The position numbers were made by a program, and so were the translations under genes. The notes beneath the pieces were generated by a model. It searched no databases. It was not told where the DNA came from and saw only the letters and a program-made list of their open reading frames with translations. Shown piece by piece: positions 5,009 through 5,010 of a stretch of DNA of 5,010 bases. The stretch comes from PVC group bacterium (lineage in GTDB: Bacteria > GCA-001730085 > JADFSZ01): positions 1 through 5,010 of the forward strand of contig JADFSZ010000134.1 in NCBI GenBank assembly GCA_022560555.1, read 5' to 3'. Numbering within the stretch: the first letter of the stretch is position 1; each line of letters opens with the position of its first letter.

Positions 5009-5010
5009 CA

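Noticed and set aside
4974-5010. Minus-strand frame open from the right edge and ending at TAA 4976..4974 (...EMTKNFAYAKK*), possibly the 3' end of an upstream gene
   Set aside because: Only 12 codons are visible, too few to identify or even to confirm as coding. The sequence does not resemble an L21 C-terminus as far as I can recall. It is therefore not listed as a feature.

Overview
All supported genes lie on the minus strand and form one co-directional housekeeping block. In transcription order (right to left) they are rpmA (L27), obg, proB, a HIT-family nucleotide hydrolase/phosphorylase, a type-2 dGTPase-like HD phosphohydrolase, and the 5' part of a BamD/YfiO-like TPR protein that runs off the left edge. 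The rpmA-obg-proB core is a widely conserved arrangement. I see no mobile element, CRISPR array, tRNA/rRNA, toxin-like gene or defence-island signature, so I cannot support a claim that this window encodes a novel multi-gene system. The points worth a second look are all non-coding or organisational. (1) The region upstream of rpmA is at least 131 nt long, AT-rich and has no rplU. It has its own sigma70-like promoter and four perfect plus one 9/10 copy of the decamer TTTGTCATTT/AAATGACAAA in a convergent layout. (2) The 169-nt proB-HIT spacer carries TCCGAA repeats, a 16-bp near-palindrome, and an all-GC hairpin (CCCCC-GAA-GGGGG) that contains the only Shine-Dalgarno-like run in front of the HIT start codon. 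(3) A tightly linked HIT-dgt pair sits where proA often follows proB. (4) Shine-Dalgarno usage is strikingly uneven across the block. All plus-strand ORFs in the supplied track are antisense shadows of these conserved genes. All functional calls come from by-eye motif and family recognition; no database search was possible.
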